The notes beneath the pieces were generated by a model. It did no database searches. It saw only the letters and a list, made by a program, of their open reading frames with translations, and was not told the DNA's origin. The position numbers were made by a program, and so were the translations under genes. DNA of 64,000 nucleotides, taken from contig CBDBFY010000003.1 of NCBI GenBank assembly GCA_965205125.1, forward strand, positions 1,240,179 to 1,304,178, read 5' to 3'. This document shows positions 41,451 to 50,435 of this stretch, in pieces; positions within the stretch are counted from its first letter, which is position 1; every line of letters starts with the position of its first letter. The stretch comes from Phototrophicaceae bacterium (GTDB taxonomy: Bacteria; Chloroflexota; Anaerolineae; Aggregatilineales; Phototrophicaceae).

Positions 41451-43565
41451 CTAACCCACTTCCATCTCAATGCGGAAGATCGTATTGCCCGACGCGACAT
41501 AGACCATGTTCTGCTCCGGATAAGCCACCACCGCCGAGACCAAGCCCAGCTTCTCCTGGTCGAAGGCTTGGAAGCTGTCCATAAAGGTGCCGGCGACCGT
41601 CGTCTCGAAGATCGTTCGCGTCCGCCGGCTGATGATGAAGAAACCCGGCGCGAACGGACTGTCGTTGAGGAAGAAGCCCTCCGTTCGTACAACGCGCGGC
41701 TCGCTGCCTTCGTTAAACCCGCTGAACACAAAGGGGGACTCGTTGCCGCCGATGTAGGTCTTCATCACGCCGTCATCGTAGAGCACATATACCGTGCCCT
41801 TTTGGCTGATTGTAAAATCGACCACATTGCGCAGATTGGGCCGCGCCGACCCGGCAAAGTACTCGCGCGGCGCGCTGACATAACTGCTGCCCGAGGGATC
41901 GTAGCGCCAGATCTGCCCCGCGTCGCTATCCAGAATATAGAGCTTGCGCGCCCAAATCGTGAGCGCCTTTGGACCCTCCCAATTGTTGGCGTTCAAGACG
42001 CGCTGCGCATCGCAGTTCAAGATGAATTGTGGCGAGCAGCGCACCAGCGTGCCGTTCCGGTCCAGCATCGCCAGGTCGCCCGTATGATCATCAAAGGCGA
42101 TATCGACAATCTGCCCGATGGTGATACCGCCTTCATGCGTCGCGCCAATCCGCATCAGTGATATCGGCTCCTGACGAATCGGCTCCCGACCGTCATCCGA
42201 GAGCTTGATGCTGTAAACCAGATCGTTCTTGTCATCCAGCGCATACAGATCGCTGCCCTGTAGCCGCAGCCGCGTGATCACCGCGTCTTCGAAATTCGCC
42301 AGCGGGATCGCCTGCCGCCGCTTCACGTTGTTGATGGCGTCAATCAGGGTCTGCGCCTCTTCCCGCATCGCCGCCACCGTGGGGTCGTCCCGCCGCATGA
42401 CGTCGCAAGCCTCCGCGACTTGCAGCGCCGCGTTCCAAGCCGATGTGACACTGCGCCGATTGCTCGTATCCAATGAGCGCGCCAAACTCGCCGTATCTTG
42501 CAATTTGCCCAGACACTGCTCGAATTCCGTCTCGCCCAGATTGGACACCCAGGATAAAACCACGATGCTCACTATGATCATCGGTATCAGCAAAATGGTG
42601 AGGATCAATGTGCCGGAAGACAATCGCCGCGTCGGCGCAATCTCCGGCAGCGGGAAAAAACGTTGAAACAAATCGGCGAAGAAGATCAATACGCCGGCCG
42701 CGCGCCCCGCCAATTGCGCCAAGCCCCAAGCCAAGAGCGAGCCGAAATCGCCCCGCCGCGGCCCCTTCCCTCGCGCGCCCTCCATCTCCATTGCCAGCTG
42801 CTGCCGCGCCGCGCCCAGCTTCAGGCTCACTTCATGCGATGATTCGCCCGGCGCCGCCAAAACCGGGCTCTCATATTCCGGCGGCACCAACTCGACCAGC
42901 ATCAATTGGCTCTGTATTTTGATCATGCGCCGCAAGCCATGCAGCACCTTCTCGATATCATTCTCCAGCAGCACGCTCGCTAATCGGTCGAGCGGGACAT
43001 CGGCCAGATTCCCATCCGATAGCACCAGGCGGCTGCCCGCATTGACCCCATAGCGCACCATCGAAATCTCCGGCTCAGGCAGCAAACCCAGCGGCACGCT
43101 GAACAAAGGCTCATCATCCGTGAGATCTTCGGGCAGAGTCAGCGTTAAGCCGGCCGTCTGCAAGACCGAAATGACCGGCCCCACCCGCGCGACATACATA
43201 TCGTCTTCATGCAAAACAGCCGCGATCATGCTCGTTTCAAATTGCTGGCTATCGCTCTCGCTGTGCTCCAGGTTATGCTCGTAAAGATTGCGGTTGATCA
43301 CTTGAAACATGGCGCGCAGGGCGATGGTGACGCTGCCGCCAACGCTGAAATAGCGCTCGGCCGCCAACGTCGCCAGCTGTTCATAAAAGGTGGTCGGGGC
43401 GATCGAGCCGGAGGGCACGATCAACAGAAAAAATGTATCGCCCTCGCGTCCCTGCGCGGCTGTTGGCGGCGCCACCTCGACCAGGGCGCCCGGCGGATTG
43501 ACATTGATAACCCGCCCGCCAACGATGTATAGGTGCCCTACCAGCGCTTCCAATTCAAATGCCAT
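41451..43565 (-). CDS. Membrane protein with N-terminal degenerate PPM/SpoIIE-like domain, TM segment and C-terminal beta-propeller-like repeats
   Basis: REGDTFFLLIVPSGSIAP...MIAAVL...LVLSDGNLADV resembles a SpoIIE/PP2C core that lacks the second metal Asp. TM helix at GTLILTILLIPMIIVSIVVL. The C-terminus has repeated hydrophobic-Asp blades (LYALDDKNDLVYSI, KLYILDSDAGQIWRYD, TVYVLYDDGVMKTY). Confidence 0.6.
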   Translation of the reverse strand: MAFELEALVGHLYIVGGRVINVNPPGALVEVAPPTAAQGREGDTFFLLIVPSGSIAPTTFYEQLATLAAERYFSVGGSVTIALRAMFQVINRNLYEHNLEHSESDSQQFETSMIAAVLHEDDMYVARVGPVISVLQTAGLTLTLPEDLTDDEPLFSVPLGLLPEPEISMVRYGVNAGSRLVLSDGNLADVPLDRLASVLLENDIEKVLHGLRRMIKIQSQLMLVELVPPEYESPVLAAPGESSHEVSLKLGAARQQLAMEMEGARGKGPRRGDFGSLLAWGLAQLAGRAAGVLIFFADLFQRFFPLPEIAPTRRLSSGTLILTILLIPMIIVSIVVLSWVSNLGETEFEQCLGKLQDTASLARSLDTSNRRSVTSAWNAALQVAEACDVMRRDDPTVAAMREEAQTLIDAINNVKRRQAIPLANFEDAVITRLRLQGSDLYALDDKNDLVYSIKLSDDGREPIRQEPISLMRIGATHEGGITIGQIVDIAFDDHTGDLAMLDRNGTLVRCSPQFILNCDAQRVLNANNWEGPKALTIWARKLYILDSDAGQIWRYDPSGSSYVSAPREYFAGSARPNLRNVVDFTISQKGTVYVLYDDGVMKTYIGGNESPFVFSGFNEGSEPRVVRTEGFFLNDSPFAPGFFIISRRTRTIFETTVAGTFMDSFQAFDQEKLGLVSAVVAYPEQNMVYVASGNTIFRIEMEVG

Positions 43566-43682
43566 ACCACGCCACAGCCGCTTCGCTCAACAATAATTCG
43601 ATTTTACTTGAATGCGCAAAGCGCGCTAGCGATGTGCGCGCCGACATGAGTTTTGCCGACGCCCCCCACACCAAACGAAATC

Positions 43683-43707
43683 TGTAGGGGCGACTCTTGA
43701 GTCGCCC
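43683..43707 (+). repeat. REP unit followed by a second GC hairpin
   Basis: tgtaggggcgactcttgagtcgccc, then ggccgtacgggcc at about 43723-43735. Confidence 0.75.
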
Positions 43708-43837
43708 TCAGAAGCGAGACGATGGCCGTACGGGCCGTCTGTACGATTCGACAATTGCCCGCGCCCTAAGCCAAACTTTTCTGTTCCGCCAATCTCGAAT
43801 AGAATAGAGTTAAATGCGCAGCGAGAGGAATCGTTTT

Positions 43838-44926
43838 ATGGTCGCCACCAGATCGGTCGAGGGGCTGTTGCCCGCCACAGCGGCCAAGCGCGCCGTCGCC
43901 GACCGCCCCGCCGATAACATCCGCCTGGATTGGACGATGGCGCTCATCTCTTGCGCCATTGTATTTGGCTTGTACATCGACGGCTGGGCGCATAATCACG
44001 GATTCGTCGATGACAGTTTCTTTACGCCCTGGCACGCTCTCCTTTACGGCGCGGTCGGGCTCTCCGGTCTCGCGCTGATCGTGAATCATTTCCGCAATGT
44101 CAACCGAGGATTCCGCTGGAGCAAGGCTTTACCCGCCGGTTATACGCTCTCGCTGATCGGTTTTTTCGCCTTTGGCGCCGGCGGTGTCGTTGATATGCTC
44201 TGGCACGAAGCCTTTGGTTTTGAAGAGAGCATAGAGGCGCTAATCAGCCCATCTCACCTCTTCCTCGCCTTGACCGGCTTGCTCATCATGACCGGTCCCA
44301 TACGCGCCATTTGGCAGCGGGAAAGCGACGGCAGTTGGGCCAGCCTCGCTCCCGCGATACTCTGCTTCATCTGCATCACTTCGGTTTTTACTTTCTTTAA
44401 TGCCTTCGCGGCGATCGGCGGCGACATGACTATCTTGACCGGACCGCGGCCCGACTCGCACAGTCTGCAAGACGTCGCCGGCATCGTCGCCTTCGTCATC
44501 CAAAGCAATATCCTGCTCGGCGCCGTCCTTTTCATGACCCGCCGCTGGCGCCTGCCCTTCGGCGCGATCACCCTGCTCTTCATCCTCAATTCGCTCTTGA
44601 TGACCTGGTACCGCGTCGGCGAGGCGGGCGAATTCATCTTCGCCATCAGCGCCGCGCTCGTTGGCCTGCTGGCCGATTATCTGCTCGGCGGATCAAAACC
44701 GATTGAAACGGGTCGACTGCGGCTCGCCGCTTTTCTGATTCCCTTCGCCCATAGTCTTGGCGCGATGGTGGTGCTGCATATTCTGGGCAATTCCGTTTGG
44801 AATACCGGCGGACTCTGGTGGCTGATCCACATGTGGCTCGGCGTCCCGATTCTGGCCGGCGCCTTCGGCTATGGCTTGAGCATGATCATGAGGCAGCCCG
44901 CGCTCCCCGCCAGCAAAACGACATAA
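43838..44926 (+). CDS. 10-TM integral membrane protein with conserved His motifs, unknown family
   Basis: DGWAHNHGF, FFTPWHALLYG, DMLWHEAFGFEE and ISPSHLF sit at helix ends. The ATG at 43838 is preceded by GAGAGGA (the ORF opens at 43814). Confidence 0.65.
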   Translation: MVATRSVEGLLPATAAKRAVADRPADNIRLDWTMALISCAIVFGLYIDGWAHNHGFVDDSFFTPWHALLYGAVGLSGLALIVNHFRNVNRGFRWSKALPAGYTLSLIGFFAFGAGGVVDMLWHEAFGFEESIEALISPSHLFLALTGLLIMTGPIRAIWQRESDGSWASLAPAILCFICITSVFTFFNAFAAIGGDMTILTGPRPDSHSLQDVAGIVAFVIQSNILLGAVLFMTRRWRLPFGAITLLFILNSLLMTWYRVGEAGEFIFAISAALVGLLADYLLGGSKPIETGRLRLAAFLIPFAHSLGAMVVLHILGNSVWNTGGLWWLIHMWLGVPILAGAFGYGLSMIMRQPALPASKTT

Positions 44927-44943
44927 GCGCCAGAAGATCCACT

Positions 44944-45831
44944 TTGACGTTTGCCAATCTGCGGCTGCCAACCTTCCTCATCGTCCTCCTGTTTGCCTCC
45001 GCCTGCCGACAGCAGCAAGTCGCCCCGGCCGACGTTCTGCTGGAGTTGACGACGACCAATACGCTCATCGGCGAAACCACCTTGCTGCTTGCCGTCAAAG
45101 ACAAGGACGGTAAGGCCATCAGTGATCCCGGCGCCCTGCGCGTCCGCGGCGATATGAGCCACGCCGGCATGGTCCCCGTCTTCGCCGAAACCGACCAGTC
45201 AAGCAATGGCGTCTTTAGCCTGCCCTTCACTTGGACGATGGCTGGCGGCTGGATCGTCGAAGCCAGCCTCACGCTGCCGAATGGCGAAATCGCCTCGGAG
45301 ACCTTCAGCTTCGAGATCCTCTCCGAGTCCAGCGAGGACGAGATGAACAAGATGGATCATAGCGGCATGAAACAACCGGCGGGCGAAACGAGCGCCGTCT
45401 ACCTGCGCATTACCAACCGCGGCGCAACGGACCAAGTCATCGTCTCCGCCGAAAGCGCCGCCGCCGCGCATATCGCCTTTCACCGAACGGTGGTGGAAAA
45501 CGAGATCGCCCGCATGGAAGCCCTCGATTCCCTGGTCATCCCCGCCGGCGAAACGCTCGAGCTGCGCCCGGGCGGCACGCACATCATGCTTTCGGGGCTC
45601 AACCAAGACTTGGCGCCGGAAAGCAATTTCTCGCTCCAGCTCAAATGCGGCAGCGGCGAGGTGTACGACCTGGATTTCCACGTCGCCGACATGGTCATGA
45701 GCGACCTTGATGACGCCGTCGAATTCGGCGACCTCGTCTTCAGCAATCGCTGGGCGCGGCCAGCAAGAGCCGGCGGCACGGCTCATGCCGACATGCCGAT
45801 GAACGCCGAAGCAGAGGCCGCATCCGGCTGA
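44944..45831 (+). CDS. Lipoprotein fusing a YtkA/FixH-like domain to a PCu(A)C copper chaperone domain
   Basis: TTG start gives MTFANLRLPTFLIVLLFASAC (lipobox). The N-terminal half is FixH/YtkA-like (LLLAVKDKDGKAI...RGDMSHAGM). The C-terminal half is PCuAC-like (AVYLRITNRG...HIAFHRTV...ARMEAL...GGTHIMLSGL). Confidence 0.65.
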   Translation: MTFANLRLPTFLIVLLFASACRQQQVAPADVLLELTTTNTLIGETTLLLAVKDKDGKAISDPGALRVRGDMSHAGMVPVFAETDQSSNGVFSLPFTWTMAGGWIVEASLTLPNGEIASETFSFEILSESSEDEMNKMDHSGMKQPAGETSAVYLRITNRGATDQVIVSAESAAAAHIAFHRTVVENEIARMEALDSLVIPAGETLELRPGGTHIMLSGLNQDLAPESNFSLQLKCGSGEVYDLDFHVADMVMSDLDDAVEFGDLVFSNRWARPARAGGTAHADMPMNAEAEAASG

Positions 45832-45890
45832 TAGCCCGTCTCGGGAACATTGCCAGCGCGCGCTAGAACGTCGCCCGCCCTCGCGCAATC

Positions 45891-45938
45891 TGTAGGGGCG
45901 AGCGACCCGCAGTGTCTACGCGCGGCATTGGGTCGCCC
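45891..45938 (+). repeat. REP unit interrupted in its loop by a 22-nt insertion
   Basis: tgtaggggcgagc[gacccgcagtgtctacgcgcgg]cattgggtcgccc. Compare the intact tgtaggggcgagccattgggtcgccc at 40496. Confidence 0.7.
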
Positions 45939-46227
45939 TCCCTCACGAAATCTGTAGGGCTTGTCCGATAATTCGTCATGCCAGCGGGTTTTTCTACCCC
46001 TTCCCCGAAGCAGCAGGGAAGGGGAGCTCTTGCCAAACGAGCTCGCCCTGAAATGCCTGACAACGGCAGAAACTTCATCGAAATACTCGAGCCAATACAC
46101 CTCGAAACTAGCCTCCCCCCAATGCTTTGGGGGGATTGAGGGGGGTTAAAACAGTGGTAGACACCTAGAAGTCAGTATCGGAAAAGCCTCGATGCGGCGC
46201 GCTATCAGGTCGCCCGCGCGCAAACTC

Positions 46228-49200
46228 CTAACCAGCTTCACCTTTCACGCCCGCCACCCAGCGCAAAACCCGCTTCCCCCGCAGCCCCGCCGGCAACAGA
46301 CGCAGCAGCGCCCCGCCCTCAGCCGCATCCAGCGGACGCAGCAGCAGCAGCACCGCCGCATAAACCGCGCCACTGACAATCAGCGCCAGCAAGGACCCGC
46401 CCAACGCGAACAAGACCAAGAGCATCGCCGCCAGCGCCACCAGCGGCCGCCAAAGCAAACTCAATACCCGCACATCTTCCAGCTTGCCCCGCGCGAGAAC
46501 GATGAAGGGCAGGAACAGAATCACCTCCGAAGCGATTGTCGCCAGCGCCGCCGCCTGGAAGCCGTACTCGGGAATGAAGAGGGAGTTGGCCGCGATGTTG
46601 AAGACGACCGCGGCCGTGAAGGCTCGCGTGACCAGGCGCTGCTGCCCCAGGCTGACCAACGCGTATTGCGTCAGGCTGTTCATCCAGCCGATCGGGATGC
46701 TCCAGATCATCAGCCGCAGGGCGATGGCGCCATCCGGGATATAACGCGCCCCGCCCAGAATCAGCGTCAGCGGCTCCGCCAAAACGGTGAAGGCCACCGC
46801 CAGCGGCAGCGTCGCCGCGAAGAGCAGCTTGATGCCGAATCGATAAGTGCGGCTCAGCGCGGCGCGATCATCCTGCGCCTGCCGAGACATCACCGGGAAG
46901 AGCGCCTGCGTGAAAAACGACGGCACGATATTGATCGCCAGCAGCCATTTGTAACCAGTGCTGTACTGCGCCACCGTCTCCGCCCCCTTCAGCGCCTGCA
47001 AAATCAAGATGTCGACCTGAAAGAACACCGTCGCCAGAAAATGATTGAGCATCAACGGCAGGCTTTCGCTCACCATCGCGCCGATGAGCCGCCTGTCGGG
47101 GAGGCGCGGGCCAATGCGACCGATGAGCTTGCGCCCCGCCCAGAGCAGCACCAGCAAGGTCAGCACATTGTTGAAGATGCTGATCGCCGCCAAGCCCACG
47201 ATCCCGTAACCAAGCAGCAAGGCGATGACGCCGAAGACAGCTTTGTTCATCGTCGTAATCGTCGCGATCGCCGCCGGGCGCTCCGCCTGCTCGTTCGCGT
47301 AGAACAGCGACGTCATGCCCTTCGACAAGCTCGCCGGGAACAAGCCGATATAGAGCAAGCCGATGGCCGCCAGCCCCTCGCTGCTGATCGCTTCCGCGCC
47401 CGAGCTCTGCCAGAGCAGCATGACGCCGGCCAACAATGGGACGCCCGCCAGGCTCAGCGCCAGCCTAAAGAAAGACGTGTTGTAGAGGTAATAGCCGGCT
47501 CGCGCGCGCTGCTGAGACGCCTCGCGGATGAGAAACAGGTCCAAGCCGAAGTTGGTGAAAATGTCGAAAGCGACGAATAGCACAATGGCGAAATTGTAAA
47601 TGCCCACGTCGACAGGCAGCAGCAGCCGATACATCACGATCGCGAAGGCCAAATCAATGCCGCGGTTGAACAAGTTAAGGATGATCGGCGCGATGCTGTT
47701 GCGCGCCACTTTGGCCAGCCCGGACGAATCCTCCGTATTCAAGCCGACAGTCACCCGCCAGAACCAGGCGCCCAGCAGGAACACGATGACCGCGACGCTG
47801 ATCGACGAGCTGAACATGCCCAGCTGCATGCTCGCCGGGCTATAAACCAGCCGCACCGTCCAATCGCCCGCCGGCAATTCAACGCCTTGCAAGTTCGCCA
47901 GCACCAGCCGTACACCCAGCCCAAATTCGGCATCTTCGCCGCTGCCGAAGGGACGGGCGAAGGCGCGCCAGCCGGGCATATAACTCTCGCTGACGACTAG
48001 CCAGCTTTCGTTTGCGACGTTGACATCGATGAACTTCTCCCGCCCGCTGTCTCGGCTGATCTCCGCCTCTTGATAGCGGGGAATGCGCAAGCCGCCGCCA
48101 AATATGTCCAGCTCAGCGAAGCGGAATCCGCCCCCCGCTTCCGCCAGCCAGCGCGGATCCCAATCGGCTTTGTCCACCGTGAAGGCGCGCGGCATGACCG
48201 TCAGGTTCTCCCAAATCGCCACTTCCTGCCGATAGACATCCTCCCAGCCCGGCAAATACATCTCGAAATCGGGCGCCGTCAATACGTAGCGAACATTCAG
48301 CAGGCTCAACAAGTCGGATTGCAGAACGCGCTGATAGCCGACCGGGCTTCGGCCTTCATCCGTATAGAGCGGCGCAATCTGATTGTGATCCAATAGATGC
48401 TGCGGCTGCAGCGCTCGCATCGTCGCGACATAGCCGGCCGGTATGATGCTGTCATAGCCACGGATGTCATCCAATCCGTAGCGCGTGCCCGCGTTTGGAT
48501 GCAGAATCCGCGGGTCGCCGGGCCGCTCCAGGCTCGTCACTCGAAAGCGCCCCGCCTGCCCCTGCAAGAATTCCGCCGAGGGCGGCTTGAAATCCAGCAG
48601 CAAGGGATCGCTCGCCGGATTGAAACCATAAGACGCAATCAGCAGATCGACCGCCGTCACCGCCAGCGCCAGCGCCCCCCAGCGCCACGATCGACGCCGC
48701 GCCGCCCAGAGGAACAGGACGCCACTCGCCATCAGCAGCGCGCCCAGCATCAGCAGCTGCGGCAGCTGATAACTAAAGAACATCCGCCCGCCAGCGAAAG
48801 CGGCATCCGCCCCCGCCAGCTCGGCCACGAGCCGGTTCAGCATGGGTTCGAAACGAGCGAAATCGGCTTGGACCGCCGCCAGACCAATGATCAGCGCGAG
48901 ACCCCCCAACAGGCTGAGCAGCCCCAAGAGCGTCGCCGACGCCTGGCTTAGCCCGCGACCATCGCACAAGATATGCAGCCCCATGCCCGCCAGCGCCGCG
49001 ACCGAAAGCGTCAAAGCGAATACCCAGCGGAAGGGCGAATTCAACTGATTCATCCCCGGCAGCTGAAAGATCAGCGCATAAGCGCCCGTGCCAAACATGA
49101 ATGCCAGCGCCGCCAATGCCAGGATGGCGAACAGAATGAGATAGGGCGCCAGCGCTCGCCGCCGGAGACCGCGCGCCAATCCATATAGCGCAAGCAGCAG

Positions 49201-50331
49201 CGGCAAGAGGCCCACATATAGCGCGCCCTCCACATAATTCTTGACGCCCCAATAAATGAAATCTCGCCGGCTGCCCGCCGCGTCGCGCAAGTCGCTGATC
49301 AGCTCGCCGCTGAAGGCGTCCACATAGCTGTGATGCGCCGGGCTGCCATAGAAGTTAGGCAGCAGAAACTGCAATAGGTCGCGCGCCGGATGCGCATAAC
49401 CCAGCACCATCTCCAGGCTCGAACGCTCCGCCCGCCAGTTGCTACCCACAAATTCGTACAGTGGAATCAGCTGCAGCGCCGCCAATCCGATGCCCAGAGC
49501 GACCAGCGCAATCAGCCACAGCATTGTCGACAGCGCCCAGCGCAATGGCGGTCGCCCGGTTTCGCGCCAGCGCCGCGCAAAAGCCCAGACCAGCCGAAAG
49601 GCCGCGTAATAGCCGGCGATTAAGAGCGTGTAAATCGTCAGCTCGATGTGCCCGGCCAGTATGTTGCAGCCGAGCGCCAGCGCGCCGATGACCACCCACA
49701 GCAATGCCGTGCCGCGGAAGATCCACAAGCTGCGCCCGCGCAGGATATTCTCGATCATCCATAAGATGAGCGGCAGCCAGACCGCCGCCGCCACGATCAT
49801 CGGGAAAACCGCGCTGGCGATCAAGAAGCCAGACAGCTGATAGACAATTCCCGCCAGCCCCGCCCCCCGCCGGTTGACGCCCAAGGCGCGCAGGAAACCA
49901 GCCATGAAGACGCCCGCCAGCCACAGGTTGAGCAGGATGAACCAGCCATAAGCCGCGCTCAAGGGCAGGACGTAATAGACGACGCTCAACGGATACAGCG
50001 CCGAGTGCTGCCCGGCGGCGAAAAATGGAATGCCGGCGAATTGGTGCGGATTCCACAGCGGGATCTCGCCTCGCGCGATCTGCGCCCGAATGAATCGCTT
50101 CCAGGGCAAGTTCTGCAAGACCATATCCGAAAGCAGATGATTATGCGGAACCTTCGGCGCCCGAACCACGTCCCGGTACGCCGAATAGGGCAAATGCTGG
50201 TACAGGTTCTCGCTCGGCAGCAGCGTGCGACCGCCAAGCGTCTGCTGATGGAACATCACCAGCGGCGCAATCAGCAGCATCAATATCAGGGCAAGGTCAG
50301 GCGCGACCCGGCTGCGCATGGGCATCTGCAT
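46228..50331 (-). CDS. Giant fusion of a YfhO-family GT-C-like membrane glycosyltransferase (N-terminal ~870 aa) with a MOP/Wzx-type polysaccharide flippase (C-terminal ~496 aa)
   Basis: The N-terminus has IPLWNPHQFAGIPFFAAGQHSALYPLS (YfhO signature) with many TM helices and a large soluble loop. The C-terminus from LAKVARNSIAPIILNLFNRGIDLAF onward has a 12-14 TM polysaccharide-biosynthesis-protein pattern. Confidence 0.75.
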   Translation of the reverse strand: MQMPMRSRVAPDLALILMLLIAPLVMFHQQTLGGRTLLPSENLYQHLPYSAYRDVVRAPKVPHNHLLSDMVLQNLPWKRFIRAQIARGEIPLWNPHQFAGIPFFAAGQHSALYPLSVVYYVLPLSAAYGWFILLNLWLAGVFMAGFLRALGVNRRGAGLAGIVYQLSGFLIASAVFPMIVAAAVWLPLILWMIENILRGRSLWIFRGTALLWVVIGALALGCNILAGHIELTIYTLLIAGYYAAFRLVWAFARRWRETGRPPLRWALSTMLWLIALVALGIGLAALQLIPLYEFVGSNWRAERSSLEMVLGYAHPARDLLQFLLPNFYGSPAHHSYVDAFSGELISDLRDAAGSRRDFIYWGVKNYVEGALYVGLLPLLLALYGLARGLRRRALAPYLILFAILALAALAFMFGTGAYALIFQLPGMNQLNSPFRWVFALTLSVAALAGMGLHILCDGRGLSQASATLLGLLSLLGGLALIIGLAAVQADFARFEPMLNRLVAELAGADAAFAGGRMFFSYQLPQLLMLGALLMASGVLFLWAARRRSWRWGALALAVTAVDLLIASYGFNPASDPLLLDFKPPSAEFLQGQAGRFRVTSLERPGDPRILHPNAGTRYGLDDIRGYDSIIPAGYVATMRALQPQHLLDHNQIAPLYTDEGRSPVGYQRVLQSDLLSLLNVRYVLTAPDFEMYLPGWEDVYRQEVAIWENLTVMPRAFTVDKADWDPRWLAEAGGGFRFAELDIFGGGLRIPRYQEAEISRDSGREKFIDVNVANESWLVVSESYMPGWRAFARPFGSGEDAEFGLGVRLVLANLQGVELPAGDWTVRLVYSPASMQLGMFSSSISVAVIVFLLGAWFWRVTVGLNTEDSSGLAKVARNSIAPIILNLFNRGIDLAFAIVMYRLLLPVDVGIYNFAIVLFVAFDIFTNFGLDLFLIREASQQRARAGYYLYNTSFFRLALSLAGVPLLAGVMLLWQSSGAEAISSEGLAAIGLLYIGLFPASLSKGMTSLFYANEQAERPAAIATITTMNKAVFGVIALLLGYGIVGLAAISIFNNVLTLLVLLWAGRKLIGRIGPRLPDRRLIGAMVSESLPLMLNHFLATVFFQVDILILQALKGAETVAQYSTGYKWLLAINIVPSFFTQALFPVMSRQAQDDRAALSRTYRFGIKLLFAATLPLAVAFTVLAEPLTLILGGARYIPDGAIALRLMIWSIPIGWMNSLTQYALVSLGQQRLVTRAFTAAVVFNIAANSLFIPEYGFQAAALATIASEVILFLPFIVLARGKLEDVRVLSLLWRPLVALAAMLLVLFALGGSLLALIVSGAVYAAVLLLLRPLDAAEGGALLRLLPAGLRGKRVLRWVAGVKGEAG

Positions 50332-50435
50332 CGCTATTCACCAGTTCTTTTAATGGACCGGTGTCTTGTTTCAGGAAGCTGCTTCTTTTATACACAGACG
50401 GCGAAATTTTGCCTAGCCGAACGGAAGCCTCTGAA

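Noticed and set aside
46129-46145. G6...G6 tracts as a G-quadruplex
   Set aside because: There are only two long G runs in close range. The complementary C runs nearby make ordinary hairpins the simpler explanation.
46192-47580. 462-aa plus-strand ORF extremely rich in Arg/Gln/His
   Set aside because: It is antisense to the flippase module of the 1367-aa gene. The composition is a GC-shadow artefact.
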